The notes under the pieces were generated by a model that ran no database searches, was not told the origin of the DNA, and saw only the letters and a program-made list of their open reading frames with translations. From the IMG/VR virus record IMGVR_UViG_3300029319_000001: 64,000 nucleotides of DNA; one strand, written 5' to 3'. This document shows positions 8,742 through 19,071 of this stretch, one piece after another (the first letter of the stretch is position 1; every line of letters begins with the position of its first letter). The stretch is from a virus (taxonomy: Duplodnaviria; Caudoviricetes). Made by a program: the position numbers and the translations under genes.

Positions 8742-11700
8742 ATGCCACTTAATAAGCTAGAGAACTTTATAAAGAATACTGAGGGTAAGATTCTCTATGT
8801 TAATCCAAATGATTTGGATGCTACAGACAGTATAACCAATCAAGGTAATTCCTTGACGAAACCTTTTAGGACTATTCAAAGGGCATTACTAGAGTCTGCT
8901 CGATTTTCATATCAAACTGGATTCGATAACGATATAAACGATAAGACAACTATATTACTATTTCCTGGTGATCATTTTATAGACAACAGACCAGGATTTG
9001 CTATTAAAAAAGATCCTAGTGACCCCTCAAGAGCAGTTGGTGTCTCTCCTCTAGGTGCTCAGACACTTGCTAGTGCTGAATTTAGTTTAAATTTATCAGC
9101 AGAATTTGATCTTACTGTAGAAAATAATATACTTTATAGATTTAACTCAGTATATGGTGGATGTATAGTTCCTCGTGGTACTTCTATTGTTGGTCTTGAT
9201 TTAAGAAAAACTAAAATATATCCTCTGTATGTACCTAACCCTACAGATGATGATGTTCCTACTGCATCATTATTCAGAATAACTGGTGCTTGTTATTTCT
9301 GGCAGTTCTCAATATTTGACGGAAAAGGTGATCGTTTGGTATATACTGATCACCAACAGTTCAATGAAGATAATAGATCATTCCCAATATTTTCTCATCA
9401 TAAATTAACATGCTTTGAGTATGCTGATGGTGTTAATGATGTTAAGGGATATGATAGGACAGACCTTAGCATGTATTATTACAAGTTAAGTTATGCTTAT
9501 CAAGAACCAACAGGTCGTGCTGTTACATATGAATGGCCAGAGAATGAAGGAGATTTTGATACAGTCAGACCAGAGTATGAAATTGTTGGTGCGTTAGGAA
9601 ACGATCCAATACAAATTGCAAGTATTATATCAGGTGATGGTAGCACTGCTACATCACAAGTAACAGTAACAACACAACAACCACATAGATTGAGTGAAGG
9701 GACTCCTATAAAAATTAGTGGTGTTAATGTATCACAGTATAATATTTCTACTATTGTACAATCTATAGTAGATCCTACTACATTCACATATACTCTATCA
9801 ACATTCCCTAATAATTTACCAGCAACACCATCAAATATTGCTAATGCGGTAGCAACTATCGAAGCTGATACGGTAACAGGTGCATCACCATATATCTTTA
9901 ACCTCTCACTAAGATCAGTGTATGGTATGCAAGGTATGATAACTGATGGTGCAAAGGCAACTGGATTTAGATCAATGGTTGTTGCTCAGTTCACTGGTAT
10001 ATCACTACAAAAAGATGACAGAGCATTTGTAAAATATAATAGAGAGTCTAGATTATATGAAGGAATAGCATATCAGAAGGTAATTGGTGCTGATTTGAGT
10101 GCTCAATCATCATCAACTAATGCAGCAACTGTTTATCACTTAGATAGTGGAGCAATATATCGTAAAGGATGGGAGCAAGCTCATGTTACTATTAAAAACA
10201 ATGCTGTTGTACAGATAGTTTCTGTGTTTGCTATTGGTTACAATGCTCATTTCTTAGGACAAAGTGGTGCTGACGCATCTATTACTAACTCTAACTCCAA
10301 CTTTGGACAGTTTGCTTTAATTGGTGAAGGATTTAGACCTGATGCATTCCCAAGGGATGACCAAGGATATGTTACACATATTACCACACCACAGACTGTA
10401 GATACATCTGAGGCAAAAACTGATAGTGTTAGTTTCTATCAGTTAGATGTCGATAAGACTAAACAAGTAGGATTATCAAGTCATTTGTACATCTTCTCCT
10501 TTGATAAGGAAGATGATCCCCCTTTAAGTTTATCTCAAGGATATAGAGTTGGTGCTAGACATGATGAAAAAATACATGTAGCCATAGGAGCAACAGATTA
10601 TACTGCTAATGTCTTGATGCTTGAGAACAAGATAGAGACATCTGGTATTAATACTGCTGCAGTTGGTAATCAATCTGGTGCTAAAAAAACTGCTGCAGGT
10701 GTACCTAATACATTCTTTGAGTTAACAGTTGATACTATTGGTCTAATCACTGGTGAAAAGATAAGAATTTTCAGTGATGATGGTGATCTACCTGAAAATA
10801 TTGAATTCAATAAGATATATTATGCTATTGTAGTATCTCCTACTAGTATTAAGATTGCATCTACATTCTCAAATGCTATTAATGATGTTCCCATTGAAAT
10901 ATATGGTGGTAGTTCATTAAGAATCGAGAGTAGAGTATCTGATAAAGAGAGTAATGATCTTGGACATCCAATACAATGGGATTCTTCTCAAAGTAGATGG
11001 TTTATTCATGTTGATACTGATAACGAAATCTATCCACAGATCAGAAATAATTTCAATTTAATAGGTGTTACTGGTACAAACATAGCACAGATTAAAAGAT
11101 TTGAGGATAAAAGATCTATTGAAGATAAACTTTATAAGATTCGTTATGTTATACCAAAAGAAGCAACTAACTCTAGAGATCCAGTTGACGGATTTGTATT
11201 CCAAAGTTCTTCTTTAGTAGGATATGCAAAAACTTCTGATGCTGCTGCCACTACTATAACTCTCAATGATAATAATTATGGAAGAAATCAGAATTTCATT
11301 GCATTTGTTAGTGAGACATCTAGTGTAGTAACTGTTAGAACTGAGAAACCTCACAATGTAGAGGTTGGTGACATTGTTAAAGTTGTAGATGTTCAGGATT
11401 CTAACAATCCTAGTGGTACTGATGGTATAGGATATAATGGATTGTTCACAGTAACTGCTCTTATTGATGCTTATCAGTTTGCACATAGCACCACTGATAT
11501 TAATGGTGTTGAGAGAAATACAGGTAACTTTGTAGATACCACTAACAGTAGAAATCTATTCCAACCAAGATTTTCTATTAGTGATAACAAGAAGAACTTT
11601 ACTGTTTATCGTGTCAATACTGTAGAACCTTATGTTTCTGGAGCAAATGATGGTGTATACATCTTAGATGTATTGAGTTGTGACTATGCTCCACCTCAAG

Positions 11701-13988
11701 AATTTGATTATAAAAATTATAGACAAAATGTTACTTATCTGTATCCACAACAAGATAGAGATAATATTGTAGAAAATTCTCCTGCTGCTGTATCATTTGC
11801 TCGTAGAGAACCAGTAGGAAAAGTTGATATCAATGACCAACAGAATTCTCTAACAAGAGAAACTCTTGATAAGTTTAATAAGACATTTAATATCGGTTAT
11901 GGTATTTCATCTGTTACTCCTGTATCTGCTGGTGTATGTACTATTACATTTGATAATCAACATAACTTCAATGGACTTATCACTCATGAAAATCTCGTAA
12001 CTGGTGTAGGATATGCTGTAACAACAGAATATAATACTAGATTACTAGATGGTGGTAATTGGAATGGTGCGACTGCAACTGTAACAGTTGGTCTTGGATC
12101 TACTTCAATTACTGGATTTGAAGTATTTGCACCTGGTTCTGGATACCAAGGTGGAGAGACATTGACTCTTGAAGGATTTGCTAGTGCAAGTATTGGAGTT
12201 CCTACATCTGGTATTTCAAATGCTGTTGGCGATGTTGTTTCTATTACTGGAATTGGAATTACATCTGATGGATTATACAGAATAACATCTATACCTAATA
12301 AGACTAGTGTTGCTATAGCTATTACTGCTGGTGATCCTCTTATTATTCAAGGACAGTATTTGTATAGAAACTCTCCTGCTGTTTCTATAGCTTCCACTCA
12401 TTTTGATATTACTACTGGTATTACAACCATAACTACATCCACACCTCATGGACTGAGAAAAGGATCTAAGTTTAGAGTCGTAGATACTAATAGTAATAAT
12501 GTAGGTGAGTTTTTGGTATCTACTATAGCTGGAATTACTACATTTACTACAACAACTGTTAATGATATTAATTATGCTGCTGGACATAAAATATATCAAC
12601 AGACATATGCTGCAAATAACCAGACTGTATCGATTGAAGAAACCATAGGTTCAAGATATCAAAACTTATACGCTGGTGAGACTGCAACATTAAAAGATGC
12701 AATTACTAACCTCTCTACTGCTATTAAAATACAAGTTCCTAACTCAGGTATTGGTACTGATCTAAGATTTAAATTAGGTGAGTATATTGAAATAGACAAA
12801 GAGATAGTAAGAGTAGCAGAACAAGGACTAGTAGGTGCAGGTAATGATTCTCTTAATGTTATTAGAGGTGTTCTTGGTACATTACCAGCAGATCATGTCA
12901 GTGGATCATTAATTAAAAAAGTAAATGCTCTGGCTCTTGAGTTACGAAGACCATCTATACTTCGTGCATCAGGTCACACATTTGAATATCTTGGTTATGG
13001 TCCAGGTAACTACTCAACTGGTTTACCTCAGGTACAAAACAGAACTCTAACAGATGATGAAGAGTACCTAGCACAGTCACAAGAAAGAGCTGCTGGTGTA
13101 GTGGTTTACACTGGTTTGAATAATGAGGGTGATTTCTATATTGGAAATAAGAGAATATCTTCTTCTAGTGGTAAAGAAACATCATTCAATATTCCTATTC
13201 CTAGTGTTACTGGTGAAGCAGTATCAAGTAACTCTGTAGTATTTGATGAAGTTATTGTTCGTCAAAGAATTATCGTTGAGGGTGGTCCTCAACAAAATAT
13301 ATTATCTCAGTTTGATGGTCCTGTATCATTCTCTAATGATGTTAGTTTCACTGATGATATGGTCACAAGTGGAACTGTAGAACTTGGTGGAAGTATTAAC
13401 ATTATAGGTACATTCCCCACTGGTGCTAAGTTGAATTGTATTATTGCTGGTGTTGGTACTAATAAAGCTGAAATTACCACTGATCCTGCATGTGGATCTG
13501 ATCTTGTACTTAATGCTGCACCAGGTTTTGCTGTTGCGATTGCAACTGATACAAGATATACTGCTGATGTAGTATTTGATAATAAAGTTAATTTCAATGG
13601 ATTTACATCATTCTCACAAAATGTATATTCATCTGCAGGGTTTGTAACATTTGCAGGTGGTCCTTTACATGTGACTGATGATATCGTTGCATTCTATGGT
13701 CAATCATCTGATGCTACATTGAAAGATAATATTTCTACCTTAGATAACCCACTTGCTAAGGTAATGCAAATTCGTGGTACTGAATTTGATTGGAAGGATG
13801 GTAATCCTAATTACACAGGACATGACATTGGAGTTATTGCTCAGGATGTTGAGTCTGTACTTCCTGATGCAGTATCTACTAAACCAGATGGAACTAAAGG
13901 TGTTCATTATAACAAATTAATTCCTCTACTCATTGAAGCAGTCAAGGATCTCTCTAAACAGGTGGATGATCTGAGCTCAGATAAATAA
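8742..13988 (+). CDS. Tail fibre protein with C-terminal peptidase S74 intramolecular chaperone
   Basis: N-terminus MPLNKLENFIKN...ILYVNP typical of cyanophage fibres; C-terminus SDATLKDNI...GVIAQDVE..LP..V...YNKLIPLLIEAVKDL is the S74 signature. Confidence 0.85.
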   Translation: MPLNKLENFIKNTEGKILYVNPNDLDATDSITNQGNSLTKPFRTIQRALLESARFSYQTGFDNDINDKTTILLFPGDHFIDNRPGFAIKKDPSDPSRAVGVSPLGAQTLASAEFSLNLSAEFDLTVENNILYRFNSVYGGCIVPRGTSIVGLDLRKTKIYPLYVPNPTDDDVPTASLFRITGACYFWQFSIFDGKGDRLVYTDHQQFNEDNRSFPIFSHHKLTCFEYADGVNDVKGYDRTDLSMYYYKLSYAYQEPTGRAVTYEWPENEGDFDTVRPEYEIVGALGNDPIQIASIISGDGSTATSQVTVTTQQPHRLSEGTPIKISGVNVSQYNISTIVQSIVDPTTFTYTLSTFPNNLPATPSNIANAVATIEADTVTGASPYIFNLSLRSVYGMQGMITDGAKATGFRSMVVAQFTGISLQKDDRAFVKYNRESRLYEGIAYQKVIGADLSAQSSSTNAATVYHLDSGAIYRKGWEQAHVTIKNNAVVQIVSVFAIGYNAHFLGQSGADASITNSNSNFGQFALIGEGFRPDAFPRDDQGYVTHITTPQTVDTSEAKTDSVSFYQLDVDKTKQVGLSSHLYIFSFDKEDDPPLSLSQGYRVGARHDEKIHVAIGATDYTANVLMLENKIETSGINTAAVGNQSGAKKTAAGVPNTFFELTVDTIGLITGEKIRIFSDDGDLPENIEFNKIYYAIVVSPTSIKIASTFSNAINDVPIEIYGGSSLRIESRVSDKESNDLGHPIQWDSSQSRWFIHVDTDNEIYPQIRNNFNLIGVTGTNIAQIKRFEDKRSIEDKLYKIRYVIPKEATNSRDPVDGFVFQSSSLVGYAKTSDAAATTITLNDNNYGRNQNFIAFVSETSSVVTVRTEKPHNVEVGDIVKVVDVQDSNNPSGTDGIGYNGLFTVTALIDAYQFAHSTTDINGVERNTGNFVDTTNSRNLFQPRFSISDNKKNFTVYRVNTVEPYVSGANDGVYILDVLSCDYAPPQEFDYKNYRQNVTYLYPQQDRDNIVENSPAAVSFARREPVGKVDINDQQNSLTRETLDKFNKTFNIGYGISSVTPVSAGVCTITFDNQHNFNGLITHENLVTGVGYAVTTEYNTRLLDGGNWNGATATVTVGLGSTSITGFEVFAPGSGYQGGETLTLEGFASASIGVPTSGISNAVGDVVSITGIGITSDGLYRITSIPNKTSVAIAITAGDPLIIQGQYLYRNSPAVSIASTHFDITTGITTITTSTPHGLRKGSKFRVVDTNSNNVGEFLVSTIAGITTFTTTTVNDINYAAGHKIYQQTYAANNQTVSIEETIGSRYQNLYAGETATLKDAITNLSTAIKIQVPNSGIGTDLRFKLGEYIEIDKEIVRVAEQGLVGAGNDSLNVIRGVLGTLPADHVSGSLIKKVNALALELRRPSILRASGHTFEYLGYGPGNYSTGLPQVQNRTLTDDEEYLAQSQERAAGVVVYTGLNNEGDFYIGNKRISSSSGKETSFNIPIPSVTGEAVSSNSVVFDEVIVRQRIIVEGGPQQNILSQFDGPVSFSNDVSFTDDMVTSGTVELGGSINIIGTFPTGAKLNCIIAGVGTNKAEITTDPACGSDLVLNAAPGFAVAIATDTRYTADVVFDNKVNFNGFTSFSQNVYSSAGFVTFAGGPLHVTDDIVAFYGQSSDATLKDNISTLDNPLAKVMQIRGTEFDWKDGNPNYTGHDIGVIAQDVESVLPDAVSTKPDGTKGVHYNKLIPLLIEAVKDLSKQVDDLSSDK
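13980..13987 (+). promoter_or_regulatory. Late promoter (GATAAATA)
   Basis: Near-consensus T4 late box upstream of ATG 14015. Confidence 0.55.
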
Positions 13989-14014
13989 TAAAAAGGTCTC
14001 CTTAGCATAAGATA

Positions 14015-16687
14015 ATGCCTACCAATTATAAGACTATCATTAATTTTAGAGACGGTATTCAGGTTGATGCCAATGATCTTGTCTCTAATAATGGACTGGT
14101 AGGTATCGGAACTACCATTCCAAGAGAAGAACTCGACATTCGTGGTAACCTGATTGTTGAAAATCAAGCAAATTTTAGGGATGTAAATGTTGTCGGACAG
14201 TCTACATTTTATGGTGATATTAATATTGCTGTTGGAAACTCAGTAGGTATAGGAACTACAGTCCCTGAGGCTACATTTCAGGTTGGTGTTGGTACAACTG
14301 GTTTTACTGTTGACTCTAATGGTAATGTAACTGCTCTAACATTTACTGGTTCAGGTGCTAATCTAACAAATTTACCGACTGCAGTATGGACTAATCCATA
14401 TCCTGGTGCTGGTACTACTATCAATGCTTTCAGACCTGTTGGTGTATCTGTAACACTACCTCAGGCAGATTTTGCTGTTGGTGATCTTATAAAACTTGAT
14501 GCTACTAGTGGTGTAGGTACATTTGAAGGATTAGTAGCGAAAAATATAACTGCAGTCAATGCCAGTGGATCTGGTCAAGGTAATGTAAACGGAGAAGTTG
14601 GTACATTCTCAACCATAACAGCAACAGACACTGCTGTTATTGATAAATTAGATGGAAATTTAATAGGTTTATCAACAATAGCTGGTACTGCCTCAACAGC
14701 TAATAGTGTATATGTAACAGATGAGTCTACTGATACTCTATTGTTCCCTCTATTTGTTGATGGAGCAGTTTTAAGTGGACAAATAGTTGCTGGTAATAAG
14801 GAAGTAAAGGCAGGAACTAATCTACAATTTGATTCAGCAAATGGAACATTAAGTGCTACATCTTTGAGTGCTGCAGGTGGTATCAGTATTGGTCCTGGCG
14901 GTATTATGACTGCAACCACATTTAGTGGAACTGCAACTACAGCATTAAATGCGTCAGTAGCATATGCGATAGCTGGACAACCAGATATTCAAGCAGACAA
15001 GATAGATTCTTTAGGTATTAATAGTATATTCATTAGAAATACTGGTGTATCTACATTTGGAGGAGAAGTTAAGGTAGGTAACTTCTTAGGTGTAGGTGCC
15101 ACATCCTCTGCTATAGGAAAAGGCATGGGTGTTATTGGTGCTGCTGACTTTTCAGGTGCTGGTACATTTGGTGGTGACTTATTAGTTGCAGGTAATTTAT
15201 CAGTCGGTGGTACATTTGGTGGTGCGGTTAATATTACTGATGTTACTGCTGGAGAAATCATTGCAACTGGTATTCTCTCTGCTACTACATCATCTAGTTG
15301 TGTGTTACATGATACAACAATTACTGGTAATGTAGTACAGTCAGCAGGTAAAAATTTAACAGTCGGACAAAATCTTTCTATTGGCGGAACAACTACATTT
15401 GGATCACAGATAAACTTTGGTGATGCATCAACACAAGTTGCTGCTGCTGGTACATTATTTGCTAATTTGAGTGGTATTATTACAACTGGTGGTATTAATG
15501 TTGGTGATCTTGATATTAGTGGTACATTCTCATATACTGGTGGAAGTATAGCAACATTCGGTTCGATATTATTAAATAGCAACACTGGATTTGTATCCTG
15601 CTCATCTATTGAGGCAGGTACAGGTATTATAAGTTGCACAGGATTAAATGCCAGAACTGGAGAAATTACTGGTGGTGGATTAAATCTTACAGGTCCTACT
15701 ACATCTAATAACTTTTTCCAATCAACATCTGGTGTATCTACATTCTTTGATATTGATATAACTGGTGGTACAAATAGTAATATTCAATTAACTAGACTAG
15801 GATTTAATACTTCTCTAGGTGCTTTAGGTATTACTGAGGGTATAGCTCTCTGGGATGATGCTGAGATATATGTCAATGATTCCCCTGCAAGTGGTATTGG
15901 TATTGGTACTACCTCAGGTAAGAGAGACAGTAATGTTGCTCTATATGTTGGATATGGAAGAGATGGAGCAGGTAACTTTATCAATGGTCAGTCAGTATTT
16001 GAAGGTGGTGTTGGTATAGGTACAATGATGGGTAATGATGATGGTAATATGTTGGAAGTATATAAAGAAACAGTATTTCATTCATACCATACAGGTGTAG
16101 GTGGTACTGATGCAGGTCCTGCTCGTGTTGGATTTGAAACTAATAAACCACGCACAACTCTTGACTTAGGATTTGTTACTAGTGGATTCTTAAGAATACC
16201 AAGTTACTATAATGATGATCCTAACAATACAGTTCCAACTAACGACACTGGATCACAAGGTTCTCTATTTTTTGATACTGCAATTAACTCAATTTCTATC
16301 AAAGATATGAATGATAATTGGGTTGGTATTAAAACTGAATTATCTACAGGTGACGATCCTGCTCAATATGTACAAGAACTTGGTTTCATAGGTGGTGTTA
16401 CTGATCAGGCAAATAGATTATCTGCTGAACAAGGAGTTGCAAATATTATACAACCTTATGATGAGGTAGGTAATCAAGGAATTGGATGGGGTACTGCACA
16501 TATGTGGTACAATAAGACTTTCAACAAACACCAGTACAAAACTAATCAAGGAATTGGAGTTGCTACACATTATAGATCATATGTTTCTACAGGAACATCC
16601 GCTATAGATATTGAACTAGATAGTAGTGGTACTAAGGTTTACATCACACTACCTGGTATTGGATCTGCTACTTTTAATCTAGTTTGA
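14015..16687 (+). CDS. Tail fibre / virion structural protein
   Basis: VGIGTT repeats, Gly/Thr-rich beta-helix-like shaft. Confidence 0.75.
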   Translation: MPTNYKTIINFRDGIQVDANDLVSNNGLVGIGTTIPREELDIRGNLIVENQANFRDVNVVGQSTFYGDINIAVGNSVGIGTTVPEATFQVGVGTTGFTVDSNGNVTALTFTGSGANLTNLPTAVWTNPYPGAGTTINAFRPVGVSVTLPQADFAVGDLIKLDATSGVGTFEGLVAKNITAVNASGSGQGNVNGEVGTFSTITATDTAVIDKLDGNLIGLSTIAGTASTANSVYVTDESTDTLLFPLFVDGAVLSGQIVAGNKEVKAGTNLQFDSANGTLSATSLSAAGGISIGPGGIMTATTFSGTATTALNASVAYAIAGQPDIQADKIDSLGINSIFIRNTGVSTFGGEVKVGNFLGVGATSSAIGKGMGVIGAADFSGAGTFGGDLLVAGNLSVGGTFGGAVNITDVTAGEIIATGILSATTSSSCVLHDTTITGNVVQSAGKNLTVGQNLSIGGTTTFGSQINFGDASTQVAAAGTLFANLSGIITTGGINVGDLDISGTFSYTGGSIATFGSILLNSNTGFVSCSSIEAGTGIISCTGLNARTGEITGGGLNLTGPTTSNNFFQSTSGVSTFFDIDITGGTNSNIQLTRLGFNTSLGALGITEGIALWDDAEIYVNDSPASGIGIGTTSGKRDSNVALYVGYGRDGAGNFINGQSVFEGGVGIGTMMGNDDGNMLEVYKETVFHSYHTGVGGTDAGPARVGFETNKPRTTLDLGFVTSGFLRIPSYYNDDPNNTVPTNDTGSQGSLFFDTAINSISIKDMNDNWVGIKTELSTGDDPAQYVQELGFIGGVTDQANRLSAEQGVANIIQPYDEVGNQGIGWGTAHMWYNKTFNKHQYKTNQGIGVATHYRSYVSTGTSAIDIELDSSGTKVYITLPGIGSATFNLV

Positions 16688-16696
16688 GGAAATTAA

Positions 16697-18400
16697 ATGG
16701 CAGCAAATAATTGGAGTAAGACAACTCAACAGTTATTGACTGGTACACCTGGCACACAAATATCATTTGGTGAAATTCGTGCTGCTATAGGTGATACCAG
16801 TAAATCTATTTCTGCTTCAGAATTACACAGACAAACAGACCTTGATGCACCATATGATTTTAGTCAGGGTAAATATCCATCATCATCAACACCACATCTA
16901 CCTTATGTTTTAGATGCTACTGAGAATGTTGGTGTACCTACTAGTGGTGCGATAACACCACAGGATATTAGAGGAGTTATAAAAGAATATGTGATTGAAC
17001 AGGACACATTGACAGAAGAGGAGAACTTTAATGTTACTACTCTAAGCAGTCCTACAACACCTAGTATCAATGCTGATTGGAACTCAAACTTAAATAAAAA
17101 TATATCAAAATTTCTTAAGATCAAAGGTAGACTAGTAAGTACCAATACATCAAATCCTGCTGCTGTTGCCGATCAACCATCATCTAACCTAACAGTATTT
17201 GTTAACAATGCACCATCATCTTATGGTGTGTATGGTGCAGGTGGTGGTATCAATCAACCTGGTGGACATGCTATTAGTATCAGTCAACCATCAGGTCCTG
17301 CGATTAGAAAAGTATTTGTAGAGTGTGAAGGTTCAGACGCTAGGATATATGGTGGAGGTGGTGGTGGAAAAGATGGTACTGATGGTACTGATGGCACACC
17401 TGGTAGTGGAGAGAGTACTGGAGTACCTGGTACACCTGGTACACCAGGCACACCTGGTTCAAATGGTAATGATGGTAGTGCAGGTAGCGATGGATCGGAT
17501 GGTTCAGATGGTCAACCAGGATCCACTGGTACACCTGGTATGCAAAGAACAACATTCCAGCAAAGATCTACAGTACAAACTAGAACAACTAGTCAATCAA
17601 GAAGTTCTCGCAGAAAAAGATTTGGTGGGTGGCCTCGTAGTCGTCGTGGACAAATTCAGGGTAGAACATCATTTCAGGCAACTGGTTCTACTCAGTCAAG
17701 GTCAGCAGCACAGTCAAAAATGGCATGTTTCGGTGGTGCAGCTGGTAATGCTGGTTCTAAAGGTTTACATGGTAATTCTGGTGGTGGCGGTCAAGGTGGT
17801 CAGGGTGGCTCTGGCGGTGGCGGTGGTCAGGGTGGAACTGGAGGACCTGCAGGTTATTCAGGACAAGGTGGATTAAAAGGATATGGTGGTACAGCTGCAC
17901 CAGGTCGTGGCTGGAATTATAAGACTGGTAACATAACAGGAACACCTGGTAGTTTCGGAACACCAGGCACACCTGGTGGTGGAGGAGGAGCAGGAACACC
18001 TGGTACACCTGGTGGAAGTGGACAACCAGGAACACCTGGTACACCTGGTGGAAGTGGAACACCTGGCAGTGGTGGAACACCTGGTACACCTGGTGGTGCT
18101 GCAAGTTGTAACGCTGCTACACCAGGAACACCTGGTACACCTGGTACACCTGGTACTGATGGAACACCTGGTAGCGATGGTCAACCAGGTGCAAAGGGTA
18201 ACGATGGTCAACCAGGTCAACCTGGTACACCAGGAAATCCTGGCACACCTGGTCAACCAGGTCAACCAGGTCAACCTGGTGGTAATGGTGGTGACTGGGG
18301 TGAAGCAGGTGGTTCACAAGGTGGTAATGCAGGTCGTGCAGTTGCTGGTAGCAAGTATGAAGTTAAACCCAATAATGGAGATATTAAAGTAATCTACTAA
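16697..18400 (+). CDS. Gly-rich adhesin-like protein with collagen-like G-X-Y tracts
   Basis: YGAGGG, IYGGGGGG and GGNGGDWGEAG motifs recall T-even gp38-type polyglycine adhesins; long GTP/GQP/GSD triplet runs; follows the fibre genes. Confidence 0.7.
   Translation: MAANNWSKTTQQLLTGTPGTQISFGEIRAAIGDTSKSISASELHRQTDLDAPYDFSQGKYPSSSTPHLPYVLDATENVGVPTSGAITPQDIRGVIKEYVIEQDTLTEEENFNVTTLSSPTTPSINADWNSNLNKNISKFLKIKGRLVSTNTSNPAAVADQPSSNLTVFVNNAPSSYGVYGAGGGINQPGGHAISISQPSGPAIRKVFVECEGSDARIYGGGGGGKDGTDGTDGTPGSGESTGVPGTPGTPGTPGSNGNDGSAGSDGSDGSDGQPGSTGTPGMQRTTFQQRSTVQTRTTSQSRSSRRKRFGGWPRSRRGQIQGRTSFQATGSTQSRSAAQSKMACFGGAAGNAGSKGLHGNSGGGGQGGQGGSGGGGGQGGTGGPAGYSGQGGLKGYGGTAAPGRGWNYKTGNITGTPGSFGTPGTPGGGGGAGTPGTPGGSGQPGTPGTPGGSGTPGSGGTPGTPGGAASCNAATPGTPGTPGTPGTDGTPGSDGQPGAKGNDGQPGQPGTPGNPGTPGQPGQPGQPGGNGGDWGEAGGSQGGNAGRAVAGSKYEVKPNNGDIKVIY
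17365..18290 (+). repeat. Imperfect 9-bp coding tandem repeats (GGTACACCT / GGTCAACCA)
   Basis: Two blocks (about 17365-17540 and 17940-18290) encoding G-T-P/G-Q-P triplets. Confidence 0.85.
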
Positions 18401-18408
18401 ATTTTGTT

Positions 18409-19008
18409 ATGTCAATTTATCCTTTGAGTCCATCCCCTAATTTTCAGGGTGAGACACTATATCAAACATGGGAAGATGGGTTCACCCCAAACGAGTGCCA
18501 TCGTATTATTAACTATGGTGAGTCTCTTTCACCAAAACCTGCTACAGTCGGTAATAATATTGATACCAATGTAGTAAATAGTATTCGCACATCTAAGACT
18601 GCATGGTTAGAATGCAATAATGATACAAAATGGTTATATGAGCGTTTAGGTAATATATTAAGAGTAACTAATGGTATGTTCTGGAAGTTTGATATCCGTG
18701 GATTTCATGAGCATATTCAATACACAGTATATGAAGGAGACGATCAAGGCTTTTATAGGTGGCATGTAGATAATAATATGCAGTCAGATGTACCACCGAG
18801 AAAATTAAGTATGACCGTACAATTATCTGATCCCAGTGAATATACTGGTGGTGAATTACAGTTGCATGATGGTGAAGTACAGACTGCAGTAAATAGTAGA
18901 GGACATGTAATAATATTTCCCAGTTATGCTTTACATAGGGTTCAACCTGTAACATCTGGAATTAGAAGAAGTTTGGTAGTCTGGGCAAATGGTCCTGCAT
19001 TCAAGTGA
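18409..19008 (+). CDS. 2OG-Fe(II) oxygenase, prolyl-4-hydroxylase/PKHD-like
   Basis: FYRWHVD (HxD), RKLSMTVQLS, YTGGEL, IFPSY.LHRVQPVTSGIRRSLVVW. Confidence 0.9.
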   Translation: MSIYPLSPSPNFQGETLYQTWEDGFTPNECHRIINYGESLSPKPATVGNNIDTNVVNSIRTSKTAWLECNNDTKWLYERLGNILRVTNGMFWKFDIRGFHEHIQYTVYEGDDQGFYRWHVDNNMQSDVPPRKLSMTVQLSDPSEYTGGELQLHDGEVQTAVNSRGHVIIFPSYALHRVQPVTSGIRRSLVVWANGPAFK

Positions 19009-19010
19009 CA

Positions 19011-19065
19011 GACAGTGATTTAAGTGTCTACTACATCCCCATTGTGAGGTAAAATGGTGTATAAT
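19011..19065 (+). promoter_or_regulatory. Early-type promoter with upstream box (copy 1)
   Basis: GACAGTGATTTAAGTGTCTAC - 28 nt - TATAAT. Confidence 0.65.
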
Positions 19066-19071
19066 ATAGGT

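Noticed and set aside
9500-15984. Minus-strand ORFs inside the tail-fibre genes
   Set aside because: Antisense shadows caused by T/A-ending codon bias; no motifs or expression signals.
17325-18392. Alternative-frame and antisense ORFs over the Gly-rich gene (17325..17876, 17976..18392, 17340..17555, 17757..18104, 17873..18274, 18117..18317)
   Set aside because: Expected shadows of 9-bp G-X-Y repeats, which lack stops in other frames; translations are low-complexity (HLV/YQV/TRC) and have no RBS.
8742-18400. Diversity-generating retroelement acting on the fibres
   Set aside because: No reverse transcriptase and no template/variable repeat pair seen in the window.
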